DNA from: Eledone cirrhosa
Taxonomy: Eukaryota
DNA: 64,000 nt
NCBI GenBank assembly: GCA_964016885.1
Contig: OZ024743.1
Span: forward strand, 53,754,001 to 53,818,000
Direction of reading: 5' to 3'
Made by a program: the position numbers and the translations under genes
In this document: one piece after another, positions 1 through 13,885 of the stretch
Numbering within the stretch: position 1 is the first letter of the stretch
Layout of the letters: each line of letters starts with the position of its first letter
The notes under the pieces: generated by a model
Database searches by the model: none
Seen by the model: the letters and a program-made list of their open reading frames with translations, nothing else
What the model was told of the DNA's origin: nothing

Positions 1-232
1 ATCATTGACCTGTCTCTTTTTCCCTCTACCACCCTATCTCCCTCTTCTCTCTACCAGCCTCTCTCTCTCTCCTCTTCTCTCTCCTCTTCTCTCTACCAGC
101 CTCTCTCCTCTCTACCAGCCTCTCTCTCCTCTTTTCTACCAGCCTCTCTCTCCTTTTTTCTACCAGCTTCTCTCACTCTTTTTCTCTATCTCTACCAGCC
201 CCTCTCTCTCTCCCCTCTCTACCAACCTACCA
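1..232. repeat. CT-rich degenerate minisatellite (unit ~ctctaccagcctctctctcctctt)
   Basis: Recurring 'ctaccagcc' separated by (CT)n; related 'ccagccactctctct' units at ~738-910. Confidence 0.75.
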
Positions 233-963
233 TTCTTCTTTATCTCTTTGACACTTTAGTCGTGTTGCTATTTCGTTTTATTCCTCGCTGTCTCTATCTA
301 TCTATGTGTGTGTGTGTGTGTTAGTGAATGTTTCTCTCTCGGTTTGTCTATATTTCATTAAGTTAATTTCTGACATTTCTAATCAAACTTCATTCAAATG
401 CCATTACTCAACCTCACACCCACCTCCTCCTCCTCCTTCTTCTTCTTCGTCGTCATCATCATCATCAGGCGTCGCCATAGCCCCCCCCCCCACACCAACA
501 TCAAAATACCATTTCTACCCCCACCTATATATCCCCTCCACCCACTATCACACACCAACCAATCACCACCACTACCATCATCATCATCTACTCCATCCAC
601 AACCACAACCACCACCACCACAACCCATCATCTACCCCAACCACCCGGCCCCTTCAACACCTCTACTTGCTGTAGAAACTCACATCTGTCACTTCTCTTT
701 CATTCCTTGCCACTCCTTTAACTTAACACTGATATCAACCAGCCCCTTTCTCTCTCTCACTTCCAGCCACTCTCTCTCCTTCTCTCTTCCAGCCACTCTC
801 TCTCCCAACCAGCTACACACTCTCTCTCTCTCTCTCATTCAGCCACTCTCTCTCAACCAACCACACACACACTCTCTCTCTCTCTCTCTTCCAGCCACTC
901 TCTCTCCTCTAATGATATCTACCATGTCCAAACATTTAACTTACTTGGTTTGGCTCCTCTATA

Positions 964-1108
964 ACCGTTCATACTGTGTGTAGGTACGTGTGTTAATAGA
1001 TGTGTGTGTGTACGTGTGTTGATAGATGTGTATATATATATATATGTGTGTGTGTGTGCGTGTACGTGTGTTGATAGATGTGTGCGTGTACGTGTGTTGA
1101 TAGATGTG

Positions 1109-1144
<36 letters not shown>

Positions 1145-1550
1145 CGTGTACGTCTGTTGATAGCTGTGTAGGTACCTGTGTGTATGTGTGTGTGCGTATG
1201 TCTGTTGATAGACATGTGTATGTGTGTATGTGTGTTGATAGATGTTTATATATCTGTGTGTGTGTGTACGGCTGTTGATTGATGTGTATATGTCTGTTGA
1301 TAGATGTGTGTACGTCTGTTGATAGATGTGTGTGTGTGTGTAGGTGTGTTGATAAATGTGTATATGTCTGTGTGTGTGTACGTGTGTTGATAGATGTGTA
1401 TGTCGATGTATGTTTAACTTCACATGAACTGGCTGTTCTTTACCGTTCATACTGTGTGTATGTGTGTGTGTGTACGTGTGTTGATTGGTGTGTGTATGTT
1501 TGTGTGTTGGTTATGGTACATCTATGTGTTGATGTATGTGTCTATGTGTA
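964..1550. repeat. (TG)n-derived minisatellite with 'gtacgtgtgttgatagatgtgt' units
   Basis: More than 10 copies of 'tgttgatagatgtgt'; 'accgttcatactgtgtgta' occurs at ~964 and ~1442. Confidence 0.8.
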
Positions 1551-1627
1551 CAAGTTGATCTCGGCTTTTCTGCACATGTTTTTTTTTATCCTCTCAATAG
1601 AAGAGCCTTCCTTCCTCTTACATCTTT

Positions 1628-1684
<57 letters not shown>

Positions 1685-1689
1685 ACGTT

Positions 1690-1900
1690 GTTGGACCTCC
1701 GTAATTTCCAACGATGAGTGCTCAGGGAGATTAAGCGGGACACAAAGTGTGACAAAGCCGGCCCTTTGAATTAGAGGCATACAATTATTTTTGCCAGCTA
1801 CTTGTAATAATGTGTCGTGCTCAAGAGCACAATGTACTCGAACTCACAACCTTACAATCGTTAGCTGACCACCCTCTAACCATTAAGCTACACGCACGCA
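1690..1900 (-). mobile_element. tRNA-derived SINE, family 2 (partial)
   Basis: Shares 'cagggagatt..gtgacaa.gc.ggccctttgaatta...tgctcaag..cacaa...gaactcac...ctaacca.taagc' with copies at 16830-17250, 26580-26890 and 47415-47720; tRNA A/B-box-like head on the - strand. Confidence 0.65.
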
Positions 1901-3436
1901 ATCACTATAGAGCAGGCATGTCAAACAGTAGAGCATCGAACATGATATTTGATTACGCCCATTTATGTTCTGAGTTGGACCCTATTTAACCTTGCCTTTC
2001 CACCTTTGATGTCGATAAATTAAGTACCAAAATCGTGGGGTCACTTGTGTTAGAAGGTTGTGTCACTATCATGGCTGTAGTCCAACAACTGACATCAGTG
2101 AAAAAATATATAGACGATGACTGAATAAAAATTATGCGTCAACAATAGATTTTCATTTCTGAGTAAGATATTTGCATGCATGGTCCTGTAACTTTCGTGG
2201 GCATTCTTAAAGCTGACGGAGCTCGATCCTCCCCAGATCTGTTATGATATTATGTTATGTCAATTCGTTGATTGTTTAAGTGGGTGTCAATGTTTCTATT
2301 GTTTAGTCATAGAGGTAACGGCAACAAAGCTCATGGTCCTGCTCAAACAGGAGAGCTGGTTCAAATGCTTGCGAGTGAGTTGACTCAGATAAAACACCCA
2401 ATAGACAAATGGTGGTACTAAACCGGGTAGCGGATTAATTCTACGTTCCAAGCTAAAGTTTAGCACCCAATATTAAATCTACCACTCTAGGATAAGTTTA
2501 CCACCACCTATAGTTAAATCTACCACACTTAGTTAGGTCTACCACCTAGTTTTTATGACGCACGTTAATGATCAAACCATATCAAATAGATTTGGAGGAT
2601 TGAGAGTGTGTGTGAGGGGGGGGGGGTGGATTGAGCTATAGCCAGGAGTTCCACAAAATTTAATGGACCACGATGTTATTTTGCTACTTTATACAATACT
2701 CAAGGGTCCCAATTAAATTTTTAGCTATGCCAACTTAATCGGTACTTGTTCAGTCCCATTTCCCTTTTGATGTTATCGTCTTCCTTCGGAAACTTAATTT
2801 GAATTCGAACTCAGTGCGCAGGGAACCACTTCAGCAAGTGAAACCACTCATTATTTGTTTAAAGTTGTGTTTTTAAAAGGTAGTGCAGAGTCGTTAGAGG
2901 GTCGGGAAAATGCTTAGCAGTATTTGTTCTAGCTCTATACGTTCTGGAGTCACATGGACTAGTGGCAAGGTGTTGGACTCGCGATCATAAGGTCGTAGGT
3001 TCGATTCTTTGACTGGATTACGTGTTGAGTTCTTAAGCAAAACACTTCAATGTGCGGTGCACACAACAGAGTCGAATAGCTGTTGTTTTTATTTGTCCAT
3101 GGGTCAGTGTCCAGATTTAGTAGACGTATTACCACAGGCGTTTTAGCAGTGCCTATTCTTCTTTCTTTTTTTTTCGTCCTTAATGTACCAAGGATTACAT
3201 TATTCGTTGTGCTTTTATCTTTTTTTCAAAAGAGGTACAAATGGGACAGTCAATTTTGAGTACATCCGTTTGCCACAAGTTCTAATTCTGTTACTTCTAA
3301 GTACACAATGTATACGTATATACCCGTAAACCATACGTAAAACATATCTTTAGCACTGATTATATTAACGTATTTAATGAGTTATGCCAAATGGTGTCTA
3401 GATTCCACATCTGGTCTGGGCGTATTACTAGTATAT

Positions 3437-3467
<31 letters not shown>

Positions 3468-3503
3468 AAATATATATACATATATATAAATATATATACA
3501 TAT

Positions 3504-3534
<31 letters not shown>

Positions 3535-4833
3535 CATACACACACACACACACACACACACACTTTTTTAGTTGTTTTTTTTAGCAGACATGATCAAAAC
3601 TGCTTCAGCTATAAAAAACCAACTGAAACATTTTGTTGTTGTTGATGATGTTGCTGTTTTCATTGTTGTTGTTCTTCTTCTTCTTGTGTTTAGATATTGT
3701 GTATCTGTGACCAGATTGGGACGTTCCTTTCTATAGAACTTAAAAAACGTGATTTTCAGGGATATTTAGCTGTTGTTTCTCGCAGATCCTTTTCGACTTC
3801 TGTGGCGACTCGATAAATATATAATGTAAACGATGTGGGTGTGTACACACATGCCTTAATGTTTATGTATATAATGTAACACACCCCCATGTGTATTATA
3901 TAACAAGTGGAAGCAAGCATGGCTGAGTGGTTAAAAAGATCGGTTGGATATCTATCATGAGGTACCGGGTTCGATGCTACTGTTTGGTATCTTGGGCAAA
4001 TGTCTTTACCAATCTTTGTAAATGAAATTATGTAAACGGAAACTGTAGAAGCCCGTCCGTTGAAGCATAGCTGTAATTTGAAGATCCAGTCTTATCACAT
4101 ATTATGTCACGATGATTCGACCTAAGGGTGTACGTGTCAGTGAAATATTAAATCTCAGTGGCCTAGTGGTAAGGGTGTTGGACTTAGGATCATATTGTTA
4201 TAGGTGCAGGGGGAGTCTTGTACTCTCAGTCGCTGGGATAAGCACTGGCCTGATGAGCCTCGGGGCTTGAGACAAACTTTAAACTAGACTTAGACTTAAT
4301 TCACTGGCTGGATGTTCATTTGAACAAACAACTACAATATTGTACACATAGACTATGTTTCTTTGAATAATATAATTGTTTATACTTTTGGCACAAGGCC
4401 AGCAATGACCCAGTACATTACTGGTACTTACTTTATTTTATCGACCCCGTAAGGATGAAAGGCAAAGTTAATAATATAATACACCTCGATATGTAATAAG
4501 TTAAAAAAATGGCCTACTAGGTTCATCTAATAAGAAGTTTCGTGGGTATTTTAATGATAGGAGCTTCGGTCTTGTCTTGAAACGTAACATGAAATGTTGA
4601 ATCACACAATGCGCCGTCCGACCCGGGAAACGAAGCCATAAACAGCTTGTATTATTGTTAGTTTAACACCATAACAACGCCCTCTCTGAACTACAATGCA
4701 TGCATGCACTTAATTCCCGATTGAGTCCTCATGCTTTTAATTCCCGATGGGATCCTAAGGGTGTGTCTTGAGCATTTTAAACTTGGTGTGAACACAACCG
4801 ATTTCTTCTTGAGAGAGAAAGAGCGAGTGTGTG

Positions 4834-4877
<44 letters not shown>

Positions 4878-5387
4878 AGAGAGAAGAAGTAAGAAAGAGA
4901 TACAGAGGAAGAAGCGAAGTATTGTACTGACACTTTATTTATCAACCTCAAAATGATGAAAGCCAACGTTAATCTCGATGAGATTTGAACTCACGCCAAA
5001 CAGAGCTGGAACAAATAGCATGATGCCTTCTAACCAATGTTCTAACGATTTTGCTAATTCGATTCCTGTGCATAATATGACGTACCTAATATAATACTCT
5101 CCCTCCCGCCACTGTTGACATTAATGTCATATCAAAGATTGACATGTCAATTAAATGTCATAAATGATGATATGGCGATAAGATGATAATTAATAGACTT
5201 TCATTTTCGCACTTTCTCACATAAACTACTTTTTTTTATTTCCCCTCTTGATACAGTCTATAAAAACAAACTTTCAGCTGACTACAACCGCATCCTCCCC
5301 AACACTCACAACACGCACCCCCCCTCTCTCCATCTCTCCCTTTCCCTCTGGCAATCTGTCTCTCTCCCTCTCCTCTTTCTCTCAGTG

Positions 5388-6644
<1,257 letters not shown>

Positions 6645-6863
6645 CCTTCTGTCTGTCTCTGTCTTTCTCCCCACTTGTCTCTTACGCACAATTCCCCCCC
6701 CCCCCCCAACACTTATATGCTACTTCTTCATTTCTATCCTCACGTCATACCACCCCCTTACTCTATATATCTACATATCTTCCTCTCAAATTCTCACTCA
6801 TATTCTCCCCTCTCATCTCGTCTATTCAGCACTTTTTCTCTTTTTCTGTCAGTAGTCTGTATG

Positions 6864-8320
6864 TGCACCAATGTGTATATAGATGGGGTTTCGGTAGACT
6901 GTATAAAACTTGTATAGCTGTGAGTGACTGCACACCAATGTGTATATAGATGGGGCTTCGGTAGACTGTATAATACTTGTATAGCTGTGAGTGACTGCAC
7001 ACCAATGCGTATATAGATGGGGTTTCGGTAGACTGTATAAAACTTGTATAGCTGTGAGTGACTGCACACCAATGTGTATATAGATGGGGTTTTGGTAGAC
7101 TGTATAATACTTGTATAGCTGTGAGTGACTGCACACCAATGCGTATATAGATGGGGTTTCGGTAGACTGTATAAAACTTGTATAGCTGTGAGTGACTGCA
7201 CACCAATGTGTATATAGATGGGGCTTCGGTAGACTGTATAATACTTGTATAGCTGTGAGTGACTGCACACCAATGTGTATATAGATGGGGTTTTGGTAGA
7301 CTGATAATACTTGTATAGCTGTGAGTGACTGCACACCAATGTGTATATAGATGGGGTTTCGGTAGACTGTATAAAACTTGTATAGCTGTGAGTGACTGCA
7401 CACCAATGCGTATATAGATGGGGCTTCGGTAGACTGTATAATACTTGTATAGCTGTGAGTGACTGCACACCAATGTGTATATAGATGGGGTTTTGGTAGA
7501 CTGTATAATACTTGTATAGCTGTGAGTGACTGCACACCAATGCGTATATAGATGGGGCTTCGGTAGACTGTATAAAACTTGTATAGCTGTGAGTGACTGC
7601 ACACCAATGCGTATATAGATGGGGCTTCGGTAGACTGTATAAAACTTGTATAGCTGTGAGTGACTGCACACCAATGTGTATATAGATGGGGCTTCGGTAC
7701 ACTGTATAAAACTTGTATAGCTGTGAGTGACTGCACACCAATGTGTATATAGATGGGGCTTCGGTAGACTGTATAAAACTTGTATAGCTGTGAGTGACTG
7801 CACACCAATGTGTATATAGATGGGGCTTCGGTACACTGTATAAAACTTGTATAGCTGTGAGTGACTGCACACCAATGTGTATATAGATGGGGCTTCGGTA
7901 GACTGTATAAAACTTGTATAGCTGTGAGTGACTGCACACCAATGTGTATATAGATGGGGCTTCGGTACACTGTATAATACTTGTATAGCTGTGAGTGACT
8001 GCACATCAATGTGTATATAGATGGGGCTTCGGTACACTGTATAAAACTTGTATAGCTGTGAGTGACTGCACACCAATGTGTATATAGATGGGGCTTCGGT
8101 AGACTGTATAAAACTTGTATAGCTGTGTATGACTGCACACCAATGTGGGAATAGATGTTTGTACGGTACACTGTGGTATGTGTATCCCTGTGTGAGTACA
8201 CACCAATGTATATATATAGATGGGGTTTCAGTAGACTGTATAATATTTGTATATCTGTGTGTGATTGCACATCAATGTGTGAATAGATGATTTTTCGGTA
8301 AACTGTATAATATTTGTACA
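6864..8320. repeat. 67-bp minisatellite, ~19 near-perfect copies plus degenerate copies (remnants to ~8670)
   Basis: Unit gcacaccaatgtgtatatagatggggtttcggtagactgtataaaacttgtatagctgtgagtgact repeated head-to-tail. Confidence 0.97.
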
Positions 8321-8490
8321 GACCTCCCACCCACTTCCGGGGTGGGTGAGAGGTGTCTTCGCTTGTGAAAATGGGTACAGCCTTCATTATGTTATATCTC
8401 CCCATTTTGCCTCATTTCTCCCCGTTTTGGGGCACTTTGTTTCTTTGTTCATGGTACTCCCTCGTTTGGGTTTTTAGAGGTTGGTTGGTC
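8319..8490 (+). mobile_element. Unclassified ~150-170 bp dispersed repeat (second copy at 42258-42397, - strand)
   Basis: 'cagacctcccac...ggggtgg.tgagag.tgtcttc...gcctcatttct.cccgttttggggca...cgtttgggtttttagaggtt' matches the reverse complement of 42258-42397. Confidence 0.75.
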
Positions 8491-9724
8491 TGTTTGTATC
8501 TCTGTGTGACTCTACATCAGTGTGTATATACAAATGTGTACGGTACACTGTGTGTGACTGCACAATGTTTATAAATGTTTGCTCACTACGCAGTAGGTAT
8601 TTGTATCTCTGTATGTAACTCTGCACTATTGTATTAATATATACAGATGCCTGCTCACTGCACACAGTAAACTGACTAACGTAATATGATATAGATTACG
8701 TGCAGATTTGTTAATTGTGAAAGTCGTGTAATAGCAGTCAATATCACACACAGACAGGATATATAGACAATGAAGCGGCTTTAGTTGGTTTTGAAATTAT
8801 TTCTGTCTTATAGATAGTTTTTACGTGTGTATTTTTACAGCTGTCTGTTGTACTTAGAAGTGTTATTTTATTAACGCAAGGTTCAGCAATTTATTTATTT
8901 ATCTATTTTATGATAAAATACAGAAAATAGGAAGAGTAAAGTGTCAGTTGTAAGAGATAGGGAATGAGGCGAATTGACAAAGCCGGTAAGGCGTTGGCAT
9001 TTCTTACTGATCTCCTCGTTCTGATTTCAAATCCTACTACGGTCAACTTTGCCTTTCATCCTTTCGGAGTAGATTGGAAGAATTGTTAGAGAAACAGACC
9101 TGATGGTTTGCAGTTCAATTTCAGTCCTTGCTTTTTCCTTTGGACAATATCAGTGTCACATTTTTGACAGTTCTATATACATGGGGGGTATAAAGAGCAT
9201 CTATGTACCATGTTCTATATACATGGGTACATGTCACATTTTTTTTTCAATCCGAAGATGTGACATTGTGTGTGTGTTTGTTAAAGATATTCCTTTTAAA
9301 GTATCCCATTCGTATTTTAAACTTATTTTTAAATGTTATCCTTCTGTGTTAAGTTACTTAACAGAGTGTTATCCTTGTGTCGTTTGTATTACTCTTGCAT
9401 ATCATTGTAACGTTATGATATATCTTTAGGACGTATCATAACACAATTTCATAAGATTTCATTATCACAGTTCATAGTTATCATAATATAACACATACCA
9501 ACAATATATCATATTATTATACCATATATATGTGTGTGTGTGTGTATGTATGCAATTATTGTATCATATGAGTTTACATTAATCATATACCATCCACACA
9601 CTACATACCGTCATTATATACCACATGATAAACAAACACCAATTATATTGTATGCCATCATTGTACATCAAACATAAATAGTATCACATTATCAACTTAT
9701 ACAGCATCTAGCTTTCTTATCTTC

Positions 9725-10110
9725 GCAGTATCGGTAGAGGGTCGGACGCCATGCTTTGACGCATAGAGTTACGGCCCTTACCATTCTGAGTTCAAACCCC
9801 GCCGAGGTTGACTTTGCCTTTCATCCTTACGGGGTCGATAAAATAAAGTACCAGTAATGAACTGGGTAATTGCTAGCCTTGTGCCAAAAGTAGAAACAAT
9901 TATTAGGTCTTGTTGGTGGATTGGCAGTGTCGGTAGAAGGTCGGACGCCATGCTTTGACGCATAGAGTTACGGCCCTTGCCATTCTGTGTTCAAATCCCA
10001 CCGAGGTTAGCTTTGCCTTTCATTTTTATGGGTCAATAAAATAAAGTACCACTAACGTTGACTTTCGACTCCCGCTAAAATTGTTGGCCTTGTGCCTAAA
10101 TCAGAAACCA
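9725..10110 (+). mobile_element. Two tandem tRNA-derived SINEs, family 1
   Basis: 'ggcagt.tcggtaga.ggtcggacgccatgc...gagttcaaa.ccc.ccgagg...ctttgcctttcatcc..ggggtcgataaaataaagtacc...ggccttgtgcc'; many further copies in the window. Confidence 0.85.
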
Positions 10111-10269
10111 TTGCTAATTCTTATTCAGATCCAAGATTTTACAAAAATAATTCATCACAGATTTACTAAGAATTATGAAAATGTACCGAATTTTGTTTTA
10201 ATTTTCTAGTTTCACTAGAAAAAAATCCGTGAATTTATTATTATTTTTTTTTTCTTTGTTTTTCGAACG

Positions 10270-10308
10270 ATTTCTAATTTTTGTCTTTTCTTCCTTTTTC
10301 TTTTCTAG
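10270..10308 (+). promoter_or_regulatory. Intron 3' end: branch-point-like ctaat, polypyrimidine tract and TAG splice acceptor
   Basis: tttctaatttttgtcttttcttcctttttcttttctag|TTGGATGCT; phase-0 intron before LDAKKSP, the position known from NET-family genes. Confidence 0.85.
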
Positions 10309-11859
10309 TTGGATGCTAAAAAGAGTCCCCTAGCTCTTCTGGCACAAACGTGTAGCAGTATTGGCAAAGACACCAGTCCTTCTTCTAAACAGATTATCCC
10401 ACCAATTGAAAAGAAAGAAAATGGATCATCAGATCTAAAAGAAAAATCTTTGAAGGATTTACACCATTCTGAAAAATCAATTGACATTAAACGGAATTCA
10501 GAAAATGGCGAGAAAAAAGAATCTGGGCGTGAATCAGGAAAGCCTGGGTTTCGCACGATCCCACCTAAAGAGATTCCACCCCTGGTACCAATTTCAAGTT
10601 CTTCCAGTGATAGAACGAATGTTTCTTCGCCAACGACAGAAGTACACAGTGGTAGTCATAAATCATCATCATCATCGAGCTCATTGTCTTCTTCAGAGAG
10701 TTCAGTAAACTGTTCTTCCATATCGAGGCCAATGTCTGCCAATTGTACGAGTGCATCTCTAACTAGTTCTGGTCGAATGAGTATGGGGAGTGTGTCGGAC
10801 TTGAGTCATCCCGACTCTGCAGGAATTACAAAAACCTCACTTTCACAACATACACCATCTTTGTTAACGCATTCCTCGTTGGTCGGTGGTGGTCTCAAGT
10901 CTGCCAGTCACCCTTCACTTTTATCAACTCTCCCTGCGGCCTCTCTAGCCAGTTATGGATGTTTGCCACTCGTTGGACATGGCATACCAATGGATGCTGC
11001 CGGTAACAGTCCTGTGTATCCCTCACATCTGGCTGCCCATGCTGGACTGAGCCTAGCTTCAGCTGCAGCAGCAGTTGCAGCTAACTCATCACCTTTGAAG
11101 CTTGGTGGTCAACCATCAGCTGTTTCTCCTTATTTTGCATATGCTCGGGTACGAACCCCAACTGGGGCTACAACTTTGGTACCGGTTTGTCGTGATCCTT
11201 ATTGCACCAATTGCCAAATGACTCTTCAGAATGCACACTTATCTTCAACATGCACTTCCCCTGGATGTACACAATGTGCACATGAAAAGTCTCTTTTACA
11301 AACTAGCAGCTTGGGTCTTACGTCTGCTGCCGGTTTACCCATGCTTTCTTCTGTTTCAACCTTGGGTAGTCCGGGCGCAGCTTTAACTGCCAATCCATCC
11401 TTAGGGTTTGGCACATCTTTTTATCCTCACTCTATGCTTGGCACGCAATTACCTTACATCTGCTCGTGGGTAGCTGGAAACGATTACTGTGGCAAACGGT
11501 TTTCAACATCTGAAGAATTACTGCAACACTTAAGGACACACACAACAGTCAACGACACAGCAGCCCTCGCTGCTAGCTACAACCTTTCCTTCCCTTCTGT
11601 ATCCTTGCCGAGCTGTCACGGACAATATACCACTACGGGATCTATAAGCCCAAATTCACTAAGAAGAACATATCCTACGAGTATAAGCCCTGTAGGAAGT
11701 CTTCTAAGTGCAGCTAGGTATCATCCTTATAAAACTCCATACACAAGTGTCCCGTCAGGGGTTTCCGGCGGAATTCCACTGAACAGCATCGGAGGAGCAT
11801 ACTTATCTCCTTATTCAACTTTATATGGACACCGCTTGGGGGCAGCAGCTGTCCCATGA
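10309..11859 (+). CDS. nocA: NET-family C2H2 zinc-finger transcriptional repressor (NocA/Elbow/Tlp-1; ZNF503/ZNF703-like), terminal coding exon; first codon is TTG (Leu), not a start
   Basis: Sp motif LDAKKSPLALLAQTCSSIG; Buttonhead box CRDPYC; single C2H2 finger CSWVAGNDYCGKRFSTSEELLQHLRTH; C-terminal RYHPY and YGHRL motifs; 516 uninterrupted codons after a strong acceptor. Confidence 0.95.
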   Translation: MDAKKSPLALLAQTCSSIGKDTSPSSKQIIPPIEKKENGSSDLKEKSLKDLHHSEKSIDIKRNSENGEKKESGRESGKPGFRTIPPKEIPPLVPISSSSSDRTNVSSPTTEVHSGSHKSSSSSSSLSSSESSVNCSSISRPMSANCTSASLTSSGRMSMGSVSDLSHPDSAGITKTSLSQHTPSLLTHSSLVGGGLKSASHPSLLSTLPAASLASYGCLPLVGHGIPMDAAGNSPVYPSHLAAHAGLSLASAAAAVAANSSPLKLGGQPSAVSPYFAYARVRTPTGATTLVPVCRDPYCTNCQMTLQNAHLSSTCTSPGCTQCAHEKSLLQTSSLGLTSAAGLPMLSSVSTLGSPGAALTANPSLGFGTSFYPHSMLGTQLPYICSWVAGNDYCGKRFSTSEELLQHLRTHTTVNDTAALAASYNLSFPSVSLPSCHGQYTTTGSISPNSLRRTYPTSISPVGSLLSAARYHPYKTPYTSVPSGVSGGIPLNSIGGAYLSPYSTLYGHRLGAAAVP

Positions 11860-12027
11860 CTATATACCGATTTTAAGTAACAAACTAATGCGTTTTTCAG
11901 TCTTTCTATTTTGAACTGGTTCCTTGCCTCTTCAGTCATGTGACTGAATAATTACAAGAGCAACACACACACACACACATACATACATACATACATACAT
12001 ACATACATACATACATACATACATACA

Positions 12028-12061
<34 letters not shown>

Positions 12062-12083
12062 CATACATACATACATACATACA

Positions 12084-12135
<52 letters not shown>

Positions 12136-13705
12136 CATATGTATATATAAAAAGAGAGATATGTACAAAATTTTGCCATGAGAAACTATAAAGGAGAGTA
12201 AAGAAAGAAAACTATTTGTAAATGAACGAGTAAATATGGTTGCCAAGCAACGATATACAACCCTCTCCTCCCCCTACTCTCCCCACACCTCTATCTCTTT
12301 TTGTACACTGTAATAATATGCAACTGCGCATGTGTGTCTGTCGGAGAGATGTTGCTTGTTATCTAAGCACAATCAAAGGCACACACACTTGCGTGCAAAA
12401 ATGTGTGTAACTGAGTTTGTGCATATGCATGCGTTTATGTATATATAACACATGCATACACACACACATATACATACATGCTTATATGCACACACAAACA
12501 CACACAGATACACAAGCACATATACATATATGTATATATGAGCATTAATTACGTATATGTTTATAAATGTGATGTAAAGTGATAAATAAATACAAATCTT
12601 TGAGACTGTCTGTCACTAAAAAAGTTTTTAAAAAAACTTAGAATTTTGTGACTACACTATGTATATAACTATCTATATGTGTATATATATATGTACATAT
12701 ATATGTGTATGTGTGTGTATATATATATATATACGTATATATGTGTATATGTATATGTATATATGTATATATATATATATGTATGGTTGAGGGTGCATGT
12801 GTGTGTTTTGAAACAAACCCTTCATCGAAACAACAGCAACAACGACAACACTAACAGATGGCGTTTTTGTTCTGTTTTTGTTCTCTTTCTTTTGATATTT
12901 TTTTATAATTTCATTTTCATCGACCCTTCCCTTCCTCTTTACTTTAATCAAGGCACAAAGGTTTTATCATTATTATTATTGATGTTGTTGTTTTTATTAG
13001 AAGAAAATAGCTGGGTTTGTCGACTGCCTCTATTATAAATAGTTGTTTCTACTTTAGGCACAAGGCCAGCAATTACCCAGTGCATAGTATTAGTACGTAC
13101 TTCATGGAAATCGAATCACTGATGGTGAAACTAACAGTAGAAATATTAACCAAAGCAAAGCCAACTGCAATGTGTCAAAGCAAGCATCTTACAGGATCTA
13201 CTAAACACCATATCATACATATTAATATTAATAATAACAATAATAGTAATAATGATAACACAACAACAACAACAATAGTAATAAGATCAATGCTACTAAT
13301 AATAATGATAATAACAAAAATAAGAAAATTAACAATGATAACAATAATGCTCTTGTGAGTTAACTTCACAAAGTTCAACACTATCTTGAGTACCTTTCAT
13401 ATAGACCATATTTAGCCCTTCTGTTTTTATTTACTATACAAGGCGAGAGGAAGCCACTAGCTTTTTCCACTCCTCAAACTCCTTTTCTCACACCATCTCC
13501 AGAAATCCATTCAAATGCATTACTATTATCATCATTATTATTAATTTTATTAACTATATTATTATTTATTGTGGTAGAAAGTGTAATGTGAAATAAATTA
13601 TTTTATTCAAGAACACAGGGCACCTCCCATTTCTATTCCTGGATTGAGTTGCTCTTGCTGTTTTTGAGAAAAATACTTTTATTTCACGTTGCTCCTTTGC
13701 TCCTT

Positions 13706-13885
13706 CTACCAGGAGTTGTGAATGGCAGATAGTATCAGCAATGAAAAGACCAACAGAAACACTGTTTTCTTGGTCCGATCTAACAATCCACTCCTTTCTC
13801 CTGTCAGAAGTTGTGACTGGCAGATAGTATCAGCAATGGAAAGACCAATGAAAACATTGTTTTCTTGGTCCAATCTGGCGATCGG
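13706..13885 (+). repeat. Two-copy ~95-bp tandem duplication
   Basis: 'gttgtga.tggcagatagtatcagcaatg.aaagaccaa..aaaca.tgttttcttggtcc.atct' at 13715 and 13810. Confidence 0.85.

Noticed and set aside
306-983. 225-aa Pro/His/Ser-rich ORF as possible exon 1 of the NET gene
   Set aside because: Low-complexity trinucleotide repeats with no NET N-terminal motif
2955-3015. tRNA-like sequence (A/B boxes; similar at ~3920, ~4160, ~14440)
   Set aside because: No complete cloverleaf; these are heads of tRNA-derived SINEs
4249-4278. CTGATGAGCC-tcgg-GGC as a hammerhead
   Set aside because: Followed by TTGAGAC rather than GAAAC; it belongs to a SINE 3' tail whose other copy (~49410) lacks the CTGATGA
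6794-8405. Three 380-520 aa ORFs and a CRISPR-like regularity
   Set aside because: Head-to-tail 67-bp repeats with no unique spacers and no cas genes in eukaryotic DNA; the ORFs arise from a stop-free repeat unit
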